A stretch of 26,456 nt of DNA from Candidatus Methylomirabilia bacterium. Lineage in GTDB: Bacteria; Methylomirabilota; Methylomirabilia; Rokubacteriales; CSP1-6. The notes beneath the pieces are model-generated. The model worked only from the letters and a program-made list of their open reading frames with translations, searched no databases and was not told the origin of the DNA. The stretch lies in NCBI GenBank assembly GCA_041492755.1, contig JBGPXN010000055.1, forward strand, positions 1 through 26,456, read 5' to 3'. Of this stretch, positions 17,757-25,357 are shown one piece after another; the first letter of the stretch is position 1, and each line of letters opens with the position of its first letter. The translations under genes and the position numbers were made by a program.

Positions 17757-18560
17757 ATGAGCTCTACGTCGACCGCCTGGGATTCGGAAACCGTCACGAT
17801 CGCCGGCGCCGCGCTGCACGTCGCGCGCGCCGGCACCGGGGCGCCCCTGCTCTTGCTGCACCACGACGTCGGCAGTCCCGAGCGCCTGCCCTTCTACGAC
17901 GCGCTGGCGCGGCACTTCACCGTCATCGTGCCCTCGCATCCGGGCTACGACCGGTCGCAGCGCCCGGACTGGATCCGCAGCGTGCGCGACGTCGGCGTCG
18001 TGTATCAGTGGCTGCTCGGCGAGCGCGAGCTGACGCGCGATCCCGGTCGGGTCACGCTGGTCGGGCTCGGGTTCGGCGGCTGGATCGCCGCGGAGATGGC
18101 GACCATGGCGCCGCGCGCCTTCCGGCGGCTCGTCCTGGTGGGCGCGATGGGGATCAAGCCCGAGCGCGGCGAGATCGCCGATCAGGCGCTCGTGTCCTAC
18201 ATTGACTACGTGCGGCGGGGCTTCGCCGACCAGGCCGCGTTCGATCGGATCTTCGGCGCCGATCCACCGACGCTGACGCTGGCGCAGTGGGACCTGAACC
18301 GCGAGATGACGTTCCGGATCGCCTGGAAGCCGTACATGTACAACCCCACGCTGCCGCACCTGCTGGGCGGTGTCGCCACGCCGGCGCTGGTCGTGTGGGG
18401 AGGGGACGATCGCATCGTTCCCCTCGAATGCGGCGAGCGCTACGCCAAGTCGTTGCCGCGCGCCCGGCTCGAGATCGTCGAGGGCGCCGGACACTTCGTC
18501 GAGATGGAAAAGCCCGACGTGCTTGCGCAGCTCATCACGCGGTTCGTCACCTCCGCCTGA
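17757..18560 (+). CDS. Alpha/beta-hydrolase fold protein lacking the catalytic nucleophile
   Basis: PLLLLHH, PSHPGYDRS, nucleophile elbow G-L-G-F-G-G (Gly where Ser is expected), VWGGDDRIVP, AGHF..MEKP. Confidence 0.88.
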   Translation: MSSTSTAWDSETVTIAGAALHVARAGTGAPLLLLHHDVGSPERLPFYDALARHFTVIVPSHPGYDRSQRPDWIRSVRDVGVVYQWLLGERELTRDPGRVTLVGLGFGGWIAAEMATMAPRAFRRLVLVGAMGIKPERGEIADQALVSYIDYVRRGFADQAAFDRIFGADPPTLTLAQWDLNREMTFRIAWKPYMYNPTLPHLLGGVATPALVVWGGDDRIVPLECGERYAKSLPRARLEIVEGAGHFVEMEKPDVLAQLITRFVTSA

Positions 18561-18630
18561 TGCCGGAGACGACGTCGATGCCCGGCACACTCGTGACGCC
18601 GGCGACAGATCTGAATCGAGGAGAGATGCG

Positions 18631-19869
18631 ATGCATCTGATGTACTTCACCGAGCAGCCGATGTCCGCGTATCCGGCCGACGAGGGGCTCGCCTTCGGCG
18701 CGACCGCGCTGATGTTCTCGAACCGCCACTTCGACCCGGTCGCGGGCAGCCGCCTCTACAACGAGTACCTCGAGCACTATCGGCTCGCCGAAGCGGTGGG
18801 CTTCGACGGAATCATGCTGAACGAGCACCACAACGCGCCGTTCTGCATGCAGGCCAAGTGCAACGTCTTCGCGTCGATCCTGGCCGCCATGACCAAGCGC
18901 GTGAAGATCGTCCTGCTCGGCAACCCGCTGCCGCTCGCCGACAACCCGGTCCGGCTGGCCGAAGAGCTGTCGATGATCGACATGGTGTCGGGCGGCCGCC
19001 TGGTGTCCGGCTTCGTGCGCGGGGGCGGCCAGGAGCAGCTCGCCGCCGGCGTCAACCCGGCCTTCAACCGCGAGCGGTTCGAGGAGGCGCACGAGCTGAT
19101 CGTCAAAGCCTGGACCCAGACCGGTCCGTTCCGGTGGGAGGGCACGCACTACCAGCACCGGGTGGTGAACCCGTGGGCGGTGCCGCTGCAGAAGCCGCAC
19201 CCGCGCGTGTGGATCCCGGGCGTGCTCAGCAAGGAGACGATCATCTGGGCGGCGAAGAAGCGCTATCCCTACATCGCGCTCAGCACCGCCATCGAGGCCA
19301 CCAAGAAGATCTGGGAGCTCTACGACCAGGTCGCCGCGGAAACCGGCTACGCCGGCGGGCCCGAGTACCGCGGATACCTGCAGCGGTGCCACGTCGCGGA
19401 GACCGAGGAGAAGGCGCTCGCCAACGCCAAGCAGTTCATGTGGATGCAGGGGGAGTTCACCGGCCTGGCCCATCCCGTGTGGTCCAGCCCCTCCGGCTAC
19501 TTCTCGCCGTCGTACCGCGAGGCCTTCGTGGAGTTCGCGGTCGGGCGGCGCTCGAACCCGCGCGGCGCCGCCTTCGAGGACCAGATTCGCGATCAGCAGA
19601 TCGTCGCCGGCACGCCGAAGACCGTCATCCCGAAGCTGCGCCGGCTGCTCGAGGAAACGCGGCCGTCGATCCTCGGCTTCTGGGCCTCCGACGGCTTCGT
19701 CTCCAACGAGGATACGAAGACGTGCATCCGGCTCCTCGGCGAGGAAGTGCTGCCGGCCTTGCGGGACATCGGCAAGGAGCTGGGGCTGTGGAGTCCGTTC
19801 GAGGCGAGCTCGCCCGTCAGCCTCGCGTTTCCCGAGCCCGCGCGGCCGGCGGGCGCCGTCGTGGCATGA
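18631..19869 (+). CDS. LLM-class flavin-dependent oxidoreductase
   Basis: GAGGAG SD; GFDGIMLNEHH, NPVRLAEELSMIDMVSGGRLVSGFVRG, PLQKPHPRVWIPG, LLGEEVLPALR. Confidence 0.92.
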   Translation: MHLMYFTEQPMSAYPADEGLAFGATALMFSNRHFDPVAGSRLYNEYLEHYRLAEAVGFDGIMLNEHHNAPFCMQAKCNVFASILAAMTKRVKIVLLGNPLPLADNPVRLAEELSMIDMVSGGRLVSGFVRGGGQEQLAAGVNPAFNRERFEEAHELIVKAWTQTGPFRWEGTHYQHRVVNPWAVPLQKPHPRVWIPGVLSKETIIWAAKKRYPYIALSTAIEATKKIWELYDQVAAETGYAGGPEYRGYLQRCHVAETEEKALANAKQFMWMQGEFTGLAHPVWSSPSGYFSPSYREAFVEFAVGRRSNPRGAAFEDQIRDQQIVAGTPKTVIPKLRRLLEETRPSILGFWASDGFVSNEDTKTCIRLLGEEVLPALRDIGKELGLWSPFEASSPVSLAFPEPARPAGAVVA

Positions 19870-19912
19870 CCCGTTTCGTTCGACGCATTCGGTGTCCATT
19901 TGGAGGTCGATC

Positions 19913-20995
19913 ATGCGAGTTCCGGCGAAACTGATCCGCGAGCAGCTCGAGTCCGTCCTGCGCGCCTGGGGCATGTCGGAGGCGCACGCCGGCACCACCG
20001 CCGAGATGATGCTGGAGACCGATCTGCGCGGCGTCGACTCGCACGGCATCTCGATGCTGCCGACCTACGACCGCGAGTTCCGCGCCGGCCGGATGAACAT
20101 GCGGCCGAGCTTCAAGACGCTGCGCGACGGACCGGCCATGGCGCTGATCGACGCCGACGCCTCGCTCGGCCACCCGGTGGCCGTGTACGCGATGAACATG
20201 GCGGTCGACAAGTGTCGCGCCAGCGGGGTGGCCGTCGTTTCCGTGGTCAACTCGCACCACTTCGGCGCCGCCGGCTGCTACTCGCGGATCGCGGCCGATC
20301 GCGGCACGATCGGGATGGTGACGTCGGCGACGCGCGGCGTGACCATGGTGCCGACGTTCGGCGCCGAGCCCGTCATGGGGACGAATCCGCTCGCGTTCGC
20401 CGCGCCGGCCCGGCGCAATCCGCCGTTCCAGCTCGACATGGCGACGACCACGGTGGCCGCCGGCAAGGTGAAGGTCTACAAGCTGAACCATCGGCCGCTG
20501 CCGCCGGGCTGGGTCGTCGATGCCGCCGGGCAAACGGTGACCGATCCCGAGGAAGCGTTCCACTATGTGTTCGACCGGCCCGAGGGCGGCATCACGCCGC
20601 TCGGTGGCGCGAAGGAAGCCGGCGGCCACAAGGGCTATGGGTTGGCGGTCATGGTCCACATCCTCGGCGGCGTGCTGGCCGGCGCGTCCTTCTCGCCGCT
20701 CCGCAACAAGACCCAGAAGCCGTCCGATCCGCACAACCTCGGCCACTTCTTCATGGCCATCGATCCGCGCGCGTTCCGCGCCGAGGGCGAGTTCGAGGAC
20801 GACCTGGACCAGGTGATCGACGTGCTCCACCACGCCAAGCCGGCCAATCCGGCCCAGCCGGTGCTCGTTGCCGGCGATCCCGAGATGGCCACGCGCGCCG
20901 AGCGGCTGCGCGACGGCGTGCCGGTGCCGGATGATCTGATGGAGCAGCTCAGGGCGGTGGCCAAGAGCGCGAGCGTTCCGTTCGTCCTCGCCTGA
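19913..20995 (+). CDS. Ldh_2 family (malate/L-lactate/ureidoglycolate-type) NAD(P)-dependent oxidoreductase
   Basis: GGAGG SD before ATG 19913; DLRGVDSHG, NSHHFGAAG, GTNPLAFAAP, LDMATT, GHKGYGL. Confidence 0.93.
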   Translation: MRVPAKLIREQLESVLRAWGMSEAHAGTTAEMMLETDLRGVDSHGISMLPTYDREFRAGRMNMRPSFKTLRDGPAMALIDADASLGHPVAVYAMNMAVDKCRASGVAVVSVVNSHHFGAAGCYSRIAADRGTIGMVTSATRGVTMVPTFGAEPVMGTNPLAFAAPARRNPPFQLDMATTTVAAGKVKVYKLNHRPLPPGWVVDAAGQTVTDPEEAFHYVFDRPEGGITPLGGAKEAGGHKGYGLAVMVHILGGVLAGASFSPLRNKTQKPSDPHNLGHFFMAIDPRAFRAEGEFEDDLDQVIDVLHHAKPANPAQPVLVAGDPEMATRAERLRDGVPVPDDLMEQLRAVAKSASVPFVLA

Positions 20996-21171
20996 CTCCA
21001 CCGGGACGGGGATTCCCCGACTACCGAACATGAGAGCAATGCGATAGAACGCTGCGTGGTCGGCTGACGAGCGCGCCCGAACACCAGACGAAGTCTACTG
21101 TCCCGGAGGATCCGGCTCGCTGATCGCGCGCGGCCATGGCTGACACGCCACGAAAAGGAGGAGACGCCACC

Positions 21172-21420
21172 ATGGAGTTCCTCGTCGTCCGCTTCGACGA
21201 GTCGCGGGAGGTTCGCATCGACGGCAATCCCTACGGGCGCACGAACATAGTCCTCACCGTTGACGCGGGCACGCACCGGGTCTCTCTCGGGCCGCCCCGT
21301 GACTTCGCGCCCGCCGAGCAGCTAATTCAACTGGCCAGCACGGCGGCCGTGGACCCCTACCGCATCACCTTCAATCGCTTGCCCGCGGCGGCCGTGCCGC
21401 TGTCTCCAGGTTCGGCATGA
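21172..21420 (+). CDS. Small PEGA-like beta-sandwich protein (82 aa)
   Basis: Strong AAGGAGG SD. V.IDG..YGRT...LTV.AGTHRVSL pattern resembles a PEGA domain. Its stop overlaps the patatin ATG. Confidence 0.7.
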   Translation: MEFLVVRFDESREVRIDGNPYGRTNIVLTVDAGTHRVSLGPPRDFAPAEQLIQLASTAAVDPYRITFNRLPAAAVPLSPGSA

Positions 21421-22853
21421 GAGCACGGCGACTTGGGCTGCTGTTCGGCCTGGCGGCGTTGCTCGGCGGGTGCGCTCACTACCACCAGAATGCTCCCTTG
21501 GCCATCTATCTGCCGGAGGGCGGCTACCGCTTTGCCCCGTCCAGCCCGCCGTCCAGCGCCGACGAGTTCTTCGTCTGCCTGAGCTTCTCGGGAGGCGGCA
21601 CGCGGGCCGCAGCCCTCGCCTACGGCGTGATGCAGAAGCTCGAGGACACGAAGATCGTCCGCAACGGCCAGTCAACCACGCTGCTCGACGAGGTGGACTG
21701 CATCTCCTCGGTCTCGGGCGGGTCGTTCACTGCCGCATACTACGGGCTCTTCGGCAAGCGAGAGTTGTTCGAGCACTTTACCGAGCGCTTCCTGTCTCGT
21801 GACATCCAGGGCGAGCTGATCCGGCGCGCGCTGAACCCCGTCAACTGGATCCGCCTCGCGTCACCGTGGTTCAGCCGCATCGACCTCGCGGCGGAGCTCT
21901 ATCACGAAACCGTCTTCGAGCGCCGGACCTTCGCCGCCCTCGCCCAGCCGTCCCGCCGCCCCTTCATCATCCTCAATGCCACGGACATGGTCACCGGCGA
22001 GCCGTTCTCGTTCACGCAGCCGCAGTTCGACCTGCTCGGCTCCGACCTCAGCTCCTATCCGGTGGGGCGGGCGGTCGCCGCGTCCTCCGCCTTCCCCTTT
22101 TTGCTGACCCCGGTCACCCTGTTGAACCACGGGCCGGCCGCAGGCTTCGAGCGGCCCGAGGACTACGTGCGCGCGCTGAACGACCGGGAGACGAACCGTC
22201 GTCGCTACGAGTGGGCCCGGCACCGGCTCGACTACCTGGACGCTGCCCGCCGTCCCTACGTCCACCTCATGGATGGCGGCCTGTCCGACAATGTCGGCCT
22301 GCGCACCATCATCGGCGAGTACCTGCACACGAGCGGTTTTCTCGCGCCGCGCGCCCAGGGCGCGATCAAGCGGCTCGTGCTCATCGTCGTCAACGCCCGG
22401 ACGGCGTCGGCCGACACCCTGAGCGCCCGCGCTCGCGCACCGGGGCTGATTCCCATGGCCCTGGCCACCGCGACGGTGAGCATGGAGAACTACAGCTTCG
22501 ACACGATCGAGCTGGCCAAGGCGTTGCTCGATGAGCGGGCGCGAGCCCAACGGGAAGTCGCGGCCTGCCAAAGTATCCTGCTCCGCGCGTGCCCGTCGGC
22601 ACCGCCGCTCGACCCCTTTCCCACGATGCGCTTGTGCGTGGTCGAGGTGGCCTTCGACGCCCTCAAGGAGCCCGCCCTGCGCGACTACTTCCTCGGCCTT
22701 CCCACGAGCTTTTCACTCCCCGACGATGTGGTCCGGCGGGTGGTGGCCGTCGGCAAGCAGCTCCTGGACGAGTCGCCCGCCTTCCAACGCCTGCGGGCCG
22801 TGCTCGCCGGCGGGCCGGCCGTTGGTGCCAGCGGCGGCGACAACTGCTCCTGA
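21417..22853 (+). CDS. Patatin-like phospholipase, predicted lipoprotein
   Basis: Signal with lipobox LGG-C, oxyanion SGGGTRA, nucleophile SVSGGS, VAASSAFP, DGG catalytic Asp motif. Confidence 0.92.
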   Translation: MRARRLGLLFGLAALLGGCAHYHQNAPLAIYLPEGGYRFAPSSPPSSADEFFVCLSFSGGGTRAAALAYGVMQKLEDTKIVRNGQSTTLLDEVDCISSVSGGSFTAAYYGLFGKRELFEHFTERFLSRDIQGELIRRALNPVNWIRLASPWFSRIDLAAELYHETVFERRTFAALAQPSRRPFIILNATDMVTGEPFSFTQPQFDLLGSDLSSYPVGRAVAASSAFPFLLTPVTLLNHGPAAGFERPEDYVRALNDRETNRRRYEWARHRLDYLDAARRPYVHLMDGGLSDNVGLRTIIGEYLHTSGFLAPRAQGAIKRLVLIVVNARTASADTLSARARAPGLIPMALATATVSMENYSFDTIELAKALLDERARAQREVAACQSILLRACPSAPPLDPFPTMRLCVVEVAFDALKEPALRDYFLGLPTSFSLPDDVVRRVVAVGKQLLDESPAFQRLRAVLAGGPAVGASGGDNCS

Positions 22854-23084
22854 CGGGACCCGAGACAGGACACCTTGATGACCTCAACCGACTTCCCGCC
22901 GCGTCAGCGCGAAGAAAGCACCCGGAGACAATCAGGCATCGACGGCGACGTCAGCGGACCGATTCGGTCGGGGCTTGGCGAGTGAGCAGTCCACCGGCGA
23001 CGCTGCCGGGTATTCGCCAGCGCTGACGTCGTGTCAGTCGTCACGGTGTGATCACGGGCTGACGCACGGAGGAGGAGCGACACG

Positions 23085-23873
23085 ATGAACGACAACGCGT
23101 ACCGGGTGCGGGCGGAGAAGGGTCAGGTCCAGATCGGCACCTGGATCACCATGATCCGGACGCCGGCGGTGCTCACGCTGCTCAAGGCCGCCGGCCTCGA
23201 CTTCGCTCGTGTGGACATGGAGCACTCGCCGTTCTCGATGGAGACCGTCGCCGACATGGCGATGCTGGCGCGCGCGCTCGATTTCCCAATGGTGGTCCGC
23301 CCACCGGAGGGCAATCGCGAGTGGATCACCCGCCTGCTTGACGCGGGCGTCTGGAACTTGCACGTCCCGCAGGTCGACACGCCCGAGCAGGCGCGCGAGG
23401 TCGCCGCGTGCGCCCGCTACACGCCCCTGGGCGCGCGCGGCATGTATGGCTTCGGTCCCCACACCGACTATCGGACGCTGCCGCCCGCCGAGCACATGGC
23501 CACCGCCAACGCGCGCGTGCACGTGACCGCCATGTTGGAAACGAAGCGCGCCTTCGACCGCCTCGACGAGATCGCGTCGGTCCCCGGCATCGACGCGCTG
23601 ACCATCGGCCCCACGGATCTCGCGCAGGACCTCGGCGTGCTCGGCACGCCGTCCCAGCGCCAGGTGCTGGACGACTATCGCCGGCGGCTGGTGGACGCCG
23701 CGCGCAAGCACGGCAAGGCCGTGGCCATGCTGACCGACAGCGTGGAAGGTGTGCGCCAGATGATCGCGCTCGGAGCGACCATCATCAATTACTCGTCGGA
23801 CGCCGCGGTACTCCGCTCAAGCTATGCCGTCGTGGCCGACGAGATCCGCAAGGCGGTGACGGCGCGCGGCTAA
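23085..23873 (+). CDS. HpcH/HpaI aldolase family protein
   Basis: GGAGGAGG SD; DMEHS, VVRP, LLDAG, RYTPLGARG, MLET, IGPTDL. Confidence 0.92.
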   Translation: MNDNAYRVRAEKGQVQIGTWITMIRTPAVLTLLKAAGLDFARVDMEHSPFSMETVADMAMLARALDFPMVVRPPEGNREWITRLLDAGVWNLHVPQVDTPEQAREVAACARYTPLGARGMYGFGPHTDYRTLPPAEHMATANARVHVTAMLETKRAFDRLDEIASVPGIDALTIGPTDLAQDLGVLGTPSQRQVLDDYRRRLVDAARKHGKAVAMLTDSVEGVRQMIALGATIINYSSDAAVLRSSYAVVADEIRKAVTARG

Positions 23874-23917
23874 TGACGCGGCATGATAGGTGGCAGAGGG
23901 GCGTTACGCCTCAAGGC

Positions 23918-23987
23918 ATCGATCGCTCACGCTCAGCGGCCGGGGCGAGCACCGCGAGCCCCGGGCCGCTGAAGCGTGTTGTTGGGC
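23918..23987 (-). mobile_element. Integron attC site (70 bp) with non-canonical R' box
   Basis: Minus strand: R'' GCCCAAC, 5-nt spacer AACAC, L'' GCT[T]CAGC, stem GG[C]CCGGGGC...GCCCCGGCC, L' GCTGAGC, 6-nt spacer GTGAGC, R' G|ATCGAT. Begins 10 nt after the hydrolase stop. Confidence 0.85.
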
Positions 23988-25069
23988 GGCAGTCGCATCA
24001 TGCTTGGGTCAGGTTCATCTGCTCCAGAACCGCGCGACCCAGGAGGCCGTACGGATTCGCGAGCGTCTCGTACATCTCGAAGTGGTTATAGCCTTCGCCG
24101 ACGAGGAATTGCACGGGCTTGCCTGCCGCCTTCACGGCCGCGGCAAAGTCACGCGACTGGCGCTGGAACTCCGGTGTCTCGAACGTGCCGTGGGCAACGA
24201 TCAGCGGGGCGTTGAGCTTGTCCAGATGTCGCTGCGGGCTCAATGCCTGCTCCATCTCGTCGGTGAACTTGACGTAGCGGCTGCGCGCCGAGAGGCGCAC
24301 CGGCTTCAGGTCGAACATGCCGCTGCAGCAGAGTCCCCCCTTTACCGTATCGGCCGGCAGGTTGAAGTCCTTGACCCAGTCGGTGGTGAGGATTACGCCA
24401 GCGAGATGACCGCCCGAAGAGTACCCGGAGACAAAAAGGCGGTTGGGATCCCCGCCGAAGGTGTGGGCGTTGCGATACACCCAGACGACCGCCCGGCGCA
24501 CCTGCTCGGCAATCGGCATCAAGCTGCCGCCCACGTCCTGAATCCACGCGAAGTCGGGCACTACGTAGTGTGCGCCGGCGTGCACGAACAATTCCGCCGG
24601 GAAGGCGTTGTCCTTTGCCAGGCCGCCCCGCCACGCGCCCCCATGAATGAAGATGTTGACTGGCGCGTTGGCCCGCTTGGTCAGCCACACGTCGAGCCCC
24701 TCGATGGGCGTGGGACCGTAGGCATAGCGCCGCGGCGCGCCCAGGCGCGCGCGCACACCCTCGCTGTTGGTGGCGTAGCGCTTGACGATCTGTTGCAGAT
24801 TCGGCGCATAGAGACTCTGGTCGTAGGCGGCATCGAGCTCGGCCTGGTCCATGTCGAGCCAGACCCGCGGTCCCTTGGCACGCGGCACTTGCTGCGTCGC
24901 CGCCGGTTGCTGGGCAAACGCCGAACCAGCGGTCATGAGCGCGGCGGTGGCTGCGCCGACCGCCAGCAACGTTCGTCGAGTAATCTGGCTACGAAGGACT
25001 GAAGCTTTGTCCGTGCTCATGGGCGGCCTCCTTGTATTCGTTGCTCGGTGCGATTGTCGTGACGCCCAA
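23924..25069 (-). mobile_element. Integron gene cassette carrying the Tat alpha/beta-hydrolase
   Basis: Starts at G|TTGGGC (25070-25064), the exact complement of its own R'' GCCCAAC. Single ORF with a short leader, attC downstream, and more A/T-ending codons than the core genes. Confidence 0.82.
23998..25020 (-). CDS. Alpha/beta hydrolase, arylformamidase/esterase-like, with Tat signal
   Basis: AAGGAGG SD, TRRTLL twin-Arg and AFA cleavage site, HGGAW oxyanion, GYSSGG nucleophile, ETPEF, YNHFE. Confidence 0.9.
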   Translation of the reverse strand: MSTDKASVLRSQITRRTLLAVGAATAALMTAGSAFAQQPAATQQVPRAKGPRVWLDMDQAELDAAYDQSLYAPNLQQIVKRYATNSEGVRARLGAPRRYAYGPTPIEGLDVWLTKRANAPVNIFIHGGAWRGGLAKDNAFPAELFVHAGAHYVVPDFAWIQDVGGSLMPIAEQVRRAVVWVYRNAHTFGGDPNRLFVSGYSSGGHLAGVILTTDWVKDFNLPADTVKGGLCCSGMFDLKPVRLSARSRYVKFTDEMEQALSPQRHLDKLNAPLIVAHGTFETPEFQRQSRDFAAAVKAAGKPVQFLVGEGYNHFEMYETLANPYGLLGRAVLEQMNLTQA

Positions 25070-25107
25070 CGTGCAGCATCAGCCGCGGCCGAATGCTGAA
25101 GTTAGAC
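25064..25107 (-). mobile_element. Minimal integron attC site (44 bp)
   Basis: Minus strand GTCTAAC|TTCAG|CAT[T]CGGC|CGCG|GCTGATG|CTGCAC|GTTGGGC, i.e. R''-5-L''-loop-L'-6-R'. Begins 9 nt after the stop at 25117. Confidence 0.75.
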
Positions 25108-25116
25108 GGAGTGCCA

Positions 25117-25356
25117 TCAGGCCGCCGCCGCAATGATATTGGTGACTTGCGCGGTGGTCCAACCCTCGTCGTCCACGTAGGTCCGCGTGGCCTCAGCAAC
25201 CTCAGCGACGATCGCATCGAGCACGCCCGGTCCTTGCGCGGCCAGTGCCCCAAGCATGGTGGGTGCGCCGCCGACGATGCTTCGGACGAAATGCTCGGCG
25301 GACTGGAACCGACTCATCTTGACCTCGGCGCGCACTCGGACGTCCCGGAGGTCGCC
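25117..25356 (-). pseudogene. C-terminal remnant of a probable class I SAM-dependent methyltransferase (truncated cassette gene)
   Basis: Frame reads GDLRDVRVRAEVKMSRFQSAEHFVRS...YVDDEGW...NIIAA, resembling the tail of UbiE-like methyltransferases. No SD or N-terminal domain; abuts the SBP stop. Confidence 0.55.
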
Positions 25357-25357
25357 A

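Noticed and set aside
18561..18587. TGCCGG...CCGGCA hairpin after the pseudo-hydrolase as a terminator
   Set aside because: Short stem, long loop, no U-tract, and it lies inside an apparent operon.
22908..22940. Glycine riboswitch
   Set aside because: Only partial resemblance (GAAG..AGCA, TCAGG); the conserved GGAGA/CUCU pairing is missing. Kept only as an unknown structured leader.
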